A stretch of DNA of 64,000 nt from Patescibacteria group bacterium (lineage in GTDB: Bacteria; Patescibacteriota; Microgenomatia; UBA1400; PJMF01), in the NCBI GenBank assembly GCA_016861085.1, contig BOKR01000001.1, forward strand, positions 825,696 through 889,695, written 5' to 3'. Positions 8,884 through 17,249 of the stretch are shown here, piece after piece. The notes beneath the pieces are model-generated. The model was not told where the DNA came from and did no database searches. It saw nothing but the letters and a program-made list of their open reading frames with translations. How positions within the stretch are numbered: position 1 is the stretch's first letter; every line of letters begins with the position of its first letter. A program made the translations under genes and the position numbers.

Positions 8884-10172
8884 AAAATTGGTTCCTTTCC
8901 GGTTAATTTTGTATAGCGGTCAATAATGACATCGCAGAAGACTGGATCGAGCTCGCAAAGGTAGGCTCGGCGTCTCAGTTGTTCGCAAGCTACAAGTAGC
9001 GAGCCACTCCCACCAAAAGTGTCGAGCACGAGGTCTCCTGGCTTTGTGCATCGCCTGAGTGCTTTTTCATGTAGTGACGGTAATTTCTCGGTAGGATGCA
9101 AGTAATCTTGCCCAGCCTTACGTTTGACCAACCAAATTTCCATTAGGTCTAGAATGTCATCATGCAACCTATTGCCAGTGCCCACTTCTTTGTTTAAAAT
9201 CTCATTGAGATTGAGTAACTTGGGGTTACGGTATGGTTTGCCACGGACACCATAGATAACCGGTTCATAGCACTTGTTGAACGAGTTTCCGCTCGTGGGT
9301 GAAAAATTATTTTTAATCCACAGGCATACTCGCTCATGCTTGATGCCTAGTTCCATGTAGAGCGTTTGCAGCAACCAAATCCAGTTCTGATCCATGTAGT
9401 AGAAGTAGTGAGCATCTGGCTTACTCACTGCAATCGCATTACTAATTGCATCGTGGAGGAATTGGCGGTACTCTTCAGGTGATTTGGAATCGTTAGTTTT
9501 GGTCGCTCCATATTTGCCCTGAGTGCTGACTCCTTTGTCATAGTCTAGGCTAATGTTAAATGGGCTATCCGTATAGGTCATGTCAATTCGCTCGTTTTTC
9601 ACCAGTCGCTGAATGTCAGCAAGCGAAGTGGCATCACCGCAAAGTAGCCTGTGTGGGCCCAATTGATACAGGTCACCTAGTTTGGATCTAGGTTCAGCGT
9701 GTAGGATGACAGCCTGCTCAACATCAAAGTCATCGTCTTGAATTTCTAGAGCCTCATCCCAGATTGCTGACAGATCTGAGTCATCAAAACCTGTTTCAAG
9801 CAGTACATCGAGCTCGAAATTGCGAAGAAGTTCCACATCAAATTCACCAACGTTTTTGTTTAAGCGAAGATTTAATTTCTGCTCGGCTTCTAGTGGTAAA
9901 TAAACACTAACTGTTGGAGCAGTTTTGTAACCAAGCTTTCTCATGAGTTTCAGCCTCTGATGACCTCCGACCAGTACAAACTCTCTACCTGGGTAGGTAT
10001 TAATCACAAGTGGCTCAACCACTCCGTAGATCTCTAAGCTTTTGGTCAAATCTGCCTCTGCCTTTTGTGACAAAAATCTTGGATTATATTTTGCCTCTTT
10101 GATTTTTTCGATCGACACTTCAGTGATTTGAAGTTCCTTTACCTTGTACGATTGCTGTATGCTTTTGGGCAT
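8874..10172 (-). CDS. ParB-like nuclease domain fused to DNA methyltransferase
   Basis: N-terminal ParB/Srx motif (VLVGGHQRLKLMRKLG). The MTase motifs are TDSPFN (IV-like) and DTFGGSGS (I). Confidence 0.75.
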   Translation of the reverse strand: MPKSIQQSYKVKELQITEVSIEKIKEAKYNPRFLSQKAEADLTKSLEIYGVVEPLVINTYPGREFVLVGGHQRLKLMRKLGYKTAPTVSVYLPLEAEQKLNLRLNKNVGEFDVELLRNFELDVLLETGFDDSDLSAIWDEALEIQDDDFDVEQAVILHAEPRSKLGDLYQLGPHRLLCGDATSLADIQRLVKNERIDMTYTDSPFNISLDYDKGVSTQGKYGATKTNDSKSPEEYRQFLHDAISNAIAVSKPDAHYFYYMDQNWIWLLQTLYMELGIKHERVCLWIKNNFSPTSGNSFNKCYEPVIYGVRGKPYRNPKLLNLNEILNKEVGTGNRLHDDILDLMEIWLVKRKAGQDYLHPTEKLPSLHEKALRRCTKPGDLVLDTFGGSGSLLVACEQLRRRAYLCELDPVFCDVIIDRYTKLTGKEPILCK

Positions 10173-10364
10173 ATCGCTCCTTTCATTTGCGGAAAAATTG
10201 ATAAAAAAAAAGACGCATCCCTGAATACAATTCAGTTGCCTAAAAAAAGCAACGAAATAATATCCAAAAATGCGTCATTTAACGTGTCCGCACACGACTC
10301 TCACGAGTAAGCTTACTTTAAATCATCTCAAACGGAAATGCAATAGGAAAAATGACAAATTAGA

Positions 10365-10480
10365 TTGATATATCAATGTATATAGACGCATATACGTGCA
10401 TATAAAAGCATGTACGTTTACATATTCTAAATTCAGCTTGAACAACAAAATGAAATTCTGCTATCATTACTTTGATAGCA
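10365..10480. promoter_or_regulatory. Candidate operator/promoter region for C gene: 12 bp palindrome TTGATATATCAA, 3x10 bp tandem repeats (GCATATACGT GCATATAAAA GCATGTACGT), and inverted repeat TGCTATCA-N6-TGATAGCA abutting the start codon
   Basis: Read directly from sequence at 10365-10376, 10388-10417 and 10459-10480. Confidence 0.45.
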
Positions 10481-10496
10481 TTTGAGTGTTATAAAA

Positions 10497-10709
10497 ATGA
10501 GTAAAACCCAGTCAATCCTAGCCCAGAAAATCAAAAGTCATCGAAAAGCCAATGATATGACTCAGGAATCTCTTGCAAAAGAGGCGAACATTCCGTACAC
10601 AACTCTGACTAAAATAGAATCTGGCGTTATTAGAAACCCAACCATTGATACTGTTATGAAAATAGCAGAAGCTTTAAATACCACTTTGGATGAATTAACT
10701 AAGGAATAA
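10497..10709 (+). CDS. Controller (C) protein-like XRE HTH regulator of the R-M operon
   Basis: 70 aa HTH_3 protein (MTQESLAKEANIPYTTLTKIESG). The stop is 2 nt before the mod ATG. The tool's TTG start at 10482 was replaced by the ATG at 10497. Confidence 0.6.
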   Translation: MSKTQSILAQKIKSHRKANDMTQESLAKEANIPYTTLTKIESGVIRNPTIDTVMKIAEALNTTLDELTKE

Positions 10710-10711
10710 GT

Positions 10712-12571
10712 ATGGCAAAAAAAGATTATACAAACTGGGATAGAAAAGAACTGATTAAAGAAATTGAGCAACTTCGTAAACGTAAGAAATATGGGCTTGT
10801 TTGGGAAGATAAGCCAGAGGATGTGGTTGAGCAGTGCAAAACTGAATTACCAGTTTTAGAAGAAGTGAAAGACAAGGAAATAATTACCGATTCAAACAAA
10901 CCAGTAAATTTATTGATTGAGGGTGATAACTACCATGCTCTCTCTGTTTTAAACTACACGCATAATTCAAAAATTGACGTTATTTATATTGATCCCCCAT
11001 ATAACACTGGTGCTAAAGATTGGAAATACAACAATGACTATGTTGACGGTGAAGATCCTTACCGACATACAAAATGGATCTCATTTATGTATCATCGCCT
11101 TTCAATTGCTAAAAATTTATTAAACAAAGACGGAATTATTTGTGTAACTATCGATGATTATGAAATGCCTAGACTATGGTTAATTATGGAAGAGGTTTTT
11201 GGTGAAATAAATTTCTTAGGAGCTGTAGCAATAAGAATTAATCCTGGGGGGAGAAAGTCGAAAAGAAAGATTGCTGCACAACACGAATATGCTTTATTCT
11301 TTTCTAGAAGCTCTGGTACAAGCATAGCAAAGATTTTTAAAGATATTAATGATAAGTCTCACTCTTATAAACAAGATGAAGATGGAGAGTATTACGAAGA
11401 AAGAAATTTAAGAAAAGATGGAGCTGATAGTTTAGCAAAAGAAGGCTCTTCTCGATATTACAGCATATATTATGATCCCCAATCAGGAAGACTAAGTACT
11501 CAAGAAAAGCTTAAGATAGAAATACTTCCCATAGACACAAATGGACAAAAAAGAATTTGGAGAAGATCAAAAGATGTAATAGATGAAATGAGCAATAAAA
11601 AGGAAATATTTGTAAAAGAAACTAAAAGTGGATTGCAAGTATACTTTAAATTTAGAGGTGGATTGAAAGGTGAAACACCTAAAAGTTTCTGGGATAATGT
11701 AAAGTATTCTGCTAGTGAGCATGGCACTCAAATGTTGAACAATATTCTCGGGACAAGAGAAGCGTTCAACTTTCCAAAATCTCCGTATGCGGTTTCTGAC
11801 TGCATTAAAATTGCTAGTTCAAAGAAAAATGCTACTATCTTAGATTTTTTTGCAGGATCAGGTACAACTGGTCAAGCCGTCTTAGAGCTAAATAAGCAAG
11901 ATGGTGGATCTAGAAAATTTATTCTATGTACAAACAATGAAAACAATATCGCTGAAGAAATTACTCACACAAGGGTTAATAATGTGATTAATGGTTATAA
12001 ATATACAGGAATAGAAAAAACAGTATTAGCTGATGTAAAAATAACTGAAAAGAATATTTATGAGTTAGATGAGATATTGGAAAGATTTGAGTTAATTAAG
12101 ACAGATAAGCTCAATAAATATGAAAAAATTGAATTAAAAATTGAAGAGAATACTATTCGTTTATACGGTATAACTAAACACTCTGGATTTAAAGATGGAT
12201 TAGGCGGAAATCTAAAATACTATAAAACGTCATTTGTACCAGCTGATCCCACAGATAAGAACAAAACAATTTTGACCAGTAAAATATCAGAAATGCTCTG
12301 TATAAAAGAAGATACTTTTGAAAGTGTAAAAAATACACCAAACTACAAGATTTATCGAAACAATAAAAAATACATGGGTATTATTTTTAATCACGATTCA
12401 ATTGAAGACTTTAAAACGGAGATTAAGGAATTTGACAAAAAAATAAATATTTACATCTTTTCCTTGGGAGACGACACATTTGATGAAGAATTCAAAGATG
12501 TAAGTGGAATTGCAAAAATTTTACCAATTCCTGAAGCTGTACTCAGAGTATATAGAAGAATTTTTAAATAA
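10712..12571 (+). CDS. mod: Type III restriction-modification methyltransferase (Mod), N6-adenine
   Basis: DPPYNTG (motif IV) near the N-terminus and FFAGSGTTGQAV (motif I) in the C-terminal third, i.e. beta-class order. 619 aa. Followed by res. Confidence 0.85.
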   Translation: MAKKDYTNWDRKELIKEIEQLRKRKKYGLVWEDKPEDVVEQCKTELPVLEEVKDKEIITDSNKPVNLLIEGDNYHALSVLNYTHNSKIDVIYIDPPYNTGAKDWKYNNDYVDGEDPYRHTKWISFMYHRLSIAKNLLNKDGIICVTIDDYEMPRLWLIMEEVFGEINFLGAVAIRINPGGRKSKRKIAAQHEYALFFSRSSGTSIAKIFKDINDKSHSYKQDEDGEYYEERNLRKDGADSLAKEGSSRYYSIYYDPQSGRLSTQEKLKIEILPIDTNGQKRIWRRSKDVIDEMSNKKEIFVKETKSGLQVYFKFRGGLKGETPKSFWDNVKYSASEHGTQMLNNILGTREAFNFPKSPYAVSDCIKIASSKKNATILDFFAGSGTTGQAVLELNKQDGGSRKFILCTNNENNIAEEITHTRVNNVINGYKYTGIEKTVLADVKITEKNIYELDEILERFELIKTDKLNKYEKIELKIEENTIRLYGITKHSGFKDGLGGNLKYYKTSFVPADPTDKNKTILTSKISEMLCIKEDTFESVKNTPNYKIYRNNKKYMGIIFNHDSIEDFKTEIKEFDKKINIYIFSLGDDTFDEEFKDVSGIAKILPIPEAVLRVYRRIFK

Positions 12572-12584
12572 TAGGAAAAATATT

Positions 12585-14798
12585 ATGTTAATTAAAGACT
12601 ATCAAGATAATGCTGTCAAAAAACTACTTTCGAGATCAAAGGAGTTGTTGGCTCAAGGTGGAGAAAAAAGATTAATTTTCAAAGCTCCTACCGGTTCTGG
12701 AAAAACCATAATGACCGCAGAGTTTATCAAGCAACTGATAAATGACAACGAAGTCAATCTTCCACTCTCATTCATTTGGACTGCACCAAGAAAATTACAT
12801 ACCCAAAGTAAGGAAAAGATCGAAAAGTACTTTGAAGATACAAGAGTTTTGGAATGTTCAAATTTTGAAGATCTTCTTGATAAACAGATAGCTGAAAATG
12901 AAATGCTTTTCTTGAACTGGGAAAGTATAAATAAAAAGGATAAGAACACAATTGTCAAAGAAAACGAGAAGGAGTTTTATCTAGGAAAAATTGTTGAGAA
13001 TACTAAAGAAGAAGGTAGGGAGATAATTCTCATTATTGATGAAAGCCATCATCATGCCACGAGTGATATATCACAAGAGTTAATCTCAGATATTTCTCCA
13101 AGACTCACGATAGAAGTATCTGCAACTCCTGTTATTCAAAACCCAGACGAAATAGTTTCTGTTCCTTTGGATGAAGTAAAGCTAGAGGGAATGATCAAAA
13201 AATCCGTGACTTTAAATCCAGACTTTAAGAACATCCTTTCAGGGGACAGTTTGACTACTACTCTTTCTGATGGTACTGATTCAATGGTTTTGGAAGAAGC
13301 AATTAAAAAAAGGGTTGAGATTTTAGAGGCATATCAAAAAGAAGGAATTGACGTTAATCCACTACTGCTAATTCAGTTGCCAGATAGGAAGACTCAGCAA
13401 GAAGATGAGATCAAGGCGGAGATTATAAAAATCTTAAAAGATAAATATGGTATTACAACCGAAAACGGAAAACTAGCAGTCTACTTATCAGAAGAAAAAG
13501 AGAATTTAGAAAACATTGCAAAAAACAATAACGAGACAGAGGTTTTAATTTTTAAACAAGCAATCGCTTTAGGTTGGGATTGCCCTCGTGCACAAATATT
13601 AGTGCTCTTCCGAGATTGGAAAAGCTTGACTTTCTCTGTTCAAACTGTCGGGCGTATTATGCGTATGCCACAACCTGAAGTAGGTCACTATCAAACAGAG
13701 ATACTTAACCATGGCTTTGTATACACCAACCTCTCCAACATTGAAATTAAAGAAGACATGGCTAAAAGCTATGTAACAATTTATACAAGTAAGAGGATAG
13801 ATAACTATCAATCGATAAAACTAGAGTCAGTTTATAGAGTACGACAAAGAGAAAAGACTCGGTTGAATCCAAAGTTTATAAGAATATTTTTAGATGAGTC
13901 TGAAAAATATGATTTAGCTAATAAAATTGAGATCGAGAACCAGAGACTAGAAATTTCACTCATATCTGATTATCAAGCAACTGGTGTTGATAAGTTGGCA
14001 AGTGAAGAGATTTCAGGAGAAACTAAAATAGATGCTACTAACGAATTAGACTTACAAAAACTATTTGATTACTTTGCTCGTAATAACTTGTCTCCTTTTT
14101 ATCCAGAAGACAGATCAATTGGTAGAGTTAAGGAAGCAATTTACTACTTCTTTAAAACAAAATTAAATATCGACTACTCAGAAGAGTTTTCTAAAATTAT
14201 CAATATTGTACTGAGCCCCAAAAATATTCAGCACTTTATAAACGTTTTGGATAGCACAAAGACTGAGTACATTTCAGAAACTTCAAAAAAAGCAAATGAG
14301 CTACAGAAATTAAAGGGATGGGATGTTCCAACTCAATTAAATTTTGGTGGCAACTTTGTAGAAATGAATGTAAACAAATCAGTTATGATTCCATTCTATT
14401 ATGATAATAAATGGAAGACTGAGGAAGTTTTCATAAAGCAGTTAGAGTTGTCCAATAATGTTTTGTGGTGGTTTAAAAACGGTGATAGAGATGCAACTTT
14501 CTTTGCCGTGCCATACACAGAAAATGGTGAGGAAAAACCATTCTATGTGGACTTTATCGTATGTTTGAAGAATGGAAAGATTGGTCTTTTGGATACAAAA
14601 AGCGGAAACACAATTAGGGATGCTAGAGAAAAGAGTGATGGCTTGCAGAGTTATATTAAGAAAAACCAAAACTTTTTTGGTGGAATAGTTGCTAATACAA
14701 ACAGCAGAGACTACACAGGCAGATGGATGTGTTTCACAGGTGTTGGCAATGAACTATCGCCAGACGATTTTTCAAATTGGGAATTATTAGATTTATGA
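12585..14798 (+). CDS. res: Type III restriction endonuclease (Res) helicase-nuclease subunit
   Basis: Helicase Walker A APTGSGKT and DEAH-box IDESHH. C-terminal PD-(D/E)xK-like YVDFIVCLKNGKIGLLDTKSG. Start moved to the ATG at 12585, which has an AGGAAAAA RBS 5 nt upstream. Confidence 0.85.
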   Translation: MLIKDYQDNAVKKLLSRSKELLAQGGEKRLIFKAPTGSGKTIMTAEFIKQLINDNEVNLPLSFIWTAPRKLHTQSKEKIEKYFEDTRVLECSNFEDLLDKQIAENEMLFLNWESINKKDKNTIVKENEKEFYLGKIVENTKEEGREIILIIDESHHHATSDISQELISDISPRLTIEVSATPVIQNPDEIVSVPLDEVKLEGMIKKSVTLNPDFKNILSGDSLTTTLSDGTDSMVLEEAIKKRVEILEAYQKEGIDVNPLLLIQLPDRKTQQEDEIKAEIIKILKDKYGITTENGKLAVYLSEEKENLENIAKNNNETEVLIFKQAIALGWDCPRAQILVLFRDWKSLTFSVQTVGRIMRMPQPEVGHYQTEILNHGFVYTNLSNIEIKEDMAKSYVTIYTSKRIDNYQSIKLESVYRVRQREKTRLNPKFIRIFLDESEKYDLANKIEIENQRLEISLISDYQATGVDKLASEEISGETKIDATNELDLQKLFDYFARNNLSPFYPEDRSIGRVKEAIYYFFKTKLNIDYSEEFSKIINIVLSPKNIQHFINVLDSTKTEYISETSKKANELQKLKGWDVPTQLNFGGNFVEMNVNKSVMIPFYYDNKWKTEEVFIKQLELSNNVLWWFKNGDRDATFFAVPYTENGEEKPFYVDFIVCLKNGKIGLLDTKSGNTIRDAREKSDGLQSYIKKNQNFFGGIVANTNSRDYTGRWMCFTGVGNELSPDDFSNWELLDL

Positions 14799-15775
14799 AG
14801 GCAGTTTATAAACAACTTATTGATAAGTCGTTAGCTGCTGCTCTTTCTGCCATTGAAATATATAACAAACCTGATTTTAAGTATCGTGATGAAATATTTG
14901 TAATTTTAATTATTAATAGCTGGGAACTTATACTTAAGTCAAAGATACTAAAAGATAATAGAAATAAGCTTAATAGTCTTTATGTATACGAACAAAATGG
15001 AAGAATAAAAAGGAATAGAACCGGAAATCCTTTTACGATAGAAATCGTAGGAGCAATAAGAAAAAATAACCTAGAACAAATTATCGTTGAAAATTTAGAA
15101 AAATTAATTGAACTTAGAGATACGTCTGTCCATTTTTATAATGCTGATTCAATCTCATATATTATATATAGCTTGGGTGCTGCAGCCCTCAAAAACTATT
15201 CAAAAATTGTAAATGAGTGGTTTGCTATTGATTTGGTCAAGGAATATAACTTTAATATTCTCCCGCTAGGTTTTGCTTACAATTTTCAAACATTCAACAA
15301 TATTTCATTTGAGCAACAACACGAATCAATTAAAAAAATTATCACATCAATTCAAAATTACCAAAGCAGAAACCAAACCGAGTCAAATGGATACTATTTA
15401 ATTTGCGAAATCCAAACAAAGTTAACCTCTGCCAAAAAAATATCAACTGCTGATACCGTAACTGTTAAAATTGATAATAGCGATCCAAATGCACAAGTTG
15501 CTGTTATTAAAAAGCAAAAGACTACAGACATTTATCCTTATAGTTGGTCGGAAATAAGAGATTACTTAAGAAGCAATCTAAAAGATTTCAATCAAAATAA
15601 ACTAAATAGTATTATTAAATCTGAAAAAATAAAAGAAAATATCAAATATTCAGCTTATAACTTCAAAAGCAAACGTGATGAAGACGAGTTTAAACAAACT
15701 GGAGTGGTAAAATCTGGCACCCCCAGCTTATACAACGATGAGTGTCGCCAGTACATACTGAGCAAGCTTAAATAA
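14795..15775 (+). CDS. Abi_2 (AbiD/AbiF)-like HEPN-motif protein, putative abortive-infection partner of the R-M operon
   Basis: The start overlaps the res stop (ATGA). N-terminus IYNKPDFKYRDEIF resembles the Abi_2 YNxxDxxxR region. R-x4-H motif (ELRDTSVH). Confidence 0.3.
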   Translation: MKAVYKQLIDKSLAAALSAIEIYNKPDFKYRDEIFVILIINSWELILKSKILKDNRNKLNSLYVYEQNGRIKRNRTGNPFTIEIVGAIRKNNLEQIIVENLEKLIELRDTSVHFYNADSISYIIYSLGAAALKNYSKIVNEWFAIDLVKEYNFNILPLGFAYNFQTFNNISFEQQHESIKKIITSIQNYQSRNQTESNGYYLICEIQTKLTSAKKISTADTVTVKIDNSDPNAQVAVIKKQKTTDIYPYSWSEIRDYLRSNLKDFNQNKLNSIIKSEKIKENIKYSAYNFKSKRDEDEFKQTGVVKSGTPSLYNDECRQYILSKLK

Positions 15776-17180
15776 GCTTCCTCCAAATTTCCACCATCGC
15801 CCAAGTATCCAGTTTGCAGTAGGTTAGTAAGTTTTGTCTAATTTGTTCCTTTTCTTCCGCAGTTATAGCTCCATAAACCATCTCATGCCAAGCCAACATT
15901 GCTTTGGTTCCCTCACCAATTTCTAGTTCTTTGTAGCTCAGCTCTGGACATAAGACAGGCAAGACTTTTTTGATTGAAGCACTGCCATGAAAGCGGTGGT
16001 CAACATATAAGCCATTTTTGAACACATCCATCAAGTCATAGACTCGTTCATTGATGCTTTGCAGTTGCGGAGCTAAATCAGGGCATAAAACAGCTAACTC
16101 ATCATTCCTGCCACACTCAAAGCCTTTGTTCCAGACAATCACTGATCCAGTGTCGCCAATGACATTGCGCAGCTCTGTCGCAAGATGTTTGGCAGGATCA
16201 CCAGTTTCAGTTGCCAGACATTCATAATGCTCGAACTCATCACTCTCAGGATTTCTAGCAACGTGGATGGAAAACTGTGTTACTGCCTGCTGATACGGCT
16301 TGTAGCCATCGTACATGGGTAAGGCTTCGCCATAAGTTTCATAGTCTAAGAAGTAGATGGGATATTCCAGCCTACTTAATTCTTCTGCAATGGCATCGTG
16401 ATCAATGATTGGTTGGTTTTGTCTGGCAGATTGAATTTGCAGTCTTTGCTTATAGTTACTGGTGAAAGTATTAGGAATGTCCTTGACCAACTCCACTCCC
16501 ATATTCAGGAGTTCACGGTATTGTTTCTTGCTGGCTCTGCCTAGCTCATAAATTGAGCCATCAGGTAGATTGGGGAAGCAGTGGTCAGGATAGATACAGG
16601 TACCAGGATTAAAACAATGCTCATCGCTGGGTTCTTGCACGAGTCGCATCACTCCCCATGCCTCAGATCTCAATTGATACACCTCATCTTCTTTTTTGGC
16701 GATGTGGTCAGTCATGTCTTCCACGATAAAGAGTTCATTGATATCAATCTCACCTGCTCGTTGATAGTCACTGTTGACTCGCACTAAATAGACTTTGTTG
16801 ATAGGCAGTGTGGCTTTACCCACTAAATACTGGAACGTCACATCATATTTATGCTCAGTGTGAATGGTTGTGCTACTTTTGATTTCATACAGGTCATAGG
16901 TGTTGTTCACAGTGTCATGAACCAACGCATCAATACGGGACTCGTAGTTGCCATCGGTCAGAGTAGCTTCAAAGGTGAGTGTGGTGCCAGCAGGATACTG
17001 TGTGGCAACTTTCAGCTGCAGAAATTCTTTCGCTAACTTTTCAACGCTATACCCTTGCTTCATCGTGTGTTGGTCGTACAGGGATGGTGGTTTTGGTGGA
17101 GTATCGCTATGAACTGATAACCACATGTGCAGTGGAGATTCTAGGTAGCTTAAGAAGAGTGATTTGGTCAGTTTCATCAA
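15768..17180 (-). CDS. DUF2779-family protein (N-terminal RecB/Cas4-like PD-(D/E)xK nuclease with Cys cluster, C-terminal DUF2779)
   Basis: N-terminus KSLFLSYLESPLHMWL. YDLYEIKSST (ExK). Cys cluster CFNPGTCIYPDHC. C-terminal YFLDYETYG...SIKKVLPVL...MLAWHEM. Confidence 0.5.
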   Translation of the reverse strand: MMKLTKSLFLSYLESPLHMWLSVHSDTPPKPPSLYDQHTMKQGYSVEKLAKEFLQLKVATQYPAGTTLTFEATLTDGNYESRIDALVHDTVNNTYDLYEIKSSTTIHTEHKYDVTFQYLVGKATLPINKVYLVRVNSDYQRAGEIDINELFIVEDMTDHIAKKEDEVYQLRSEAWGVMRLVQEPSDEHCFNPGTCIYPDHCFPNLPDGSIYELGRASKKQYRELLNMGVELVKDIPNTFTSNYKQRLQIQSARQNQPIIDHDAIAEELSRLEYPIYFLDYETYGEALPMYDGYKPYQQAVTQFSIHVARNPESDEFEHYECLATETGDPAKHLATELRNVIGDTGSVIVWNKGFECGRNDELAVLCPDLAPQLQSINERVYDLMDVFKNGLYVDHRFHGSASIKKVLPVLCPELSYKELEIGEGTKAMLAWHEMVYGAITAEEKEQIRQNLLTYCKLDTWAMVEIWRKLI

Positions 17181-17249
17181 GTGAATTATATAGGTAAAGC
17201 AGGCAAAAGCGAATATACTATTGCTAAGTGATAGTTAGCGAAAGGAGTT

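Noticed and set aside
10128-10310. 60 aa ORF in the divergent regulatory region
   Set aside because: AT-rich intergenic with low-complexity translation. It overlaps the probable promoter and operator region.
10388-10417. Possible CRISPR-like repeats (3x10 bp)
   Set aside because: Too short, contiguous with no spacers, and no cas genes. Interpreted as operator iterons or a C-box region.
12504-12584. Res start at 12504 overlapping mod by 68 nt
   Set aside because: An internal ATG at 12585 with an AGGAAAAA RBS directly after the mod stop is far more plausible.
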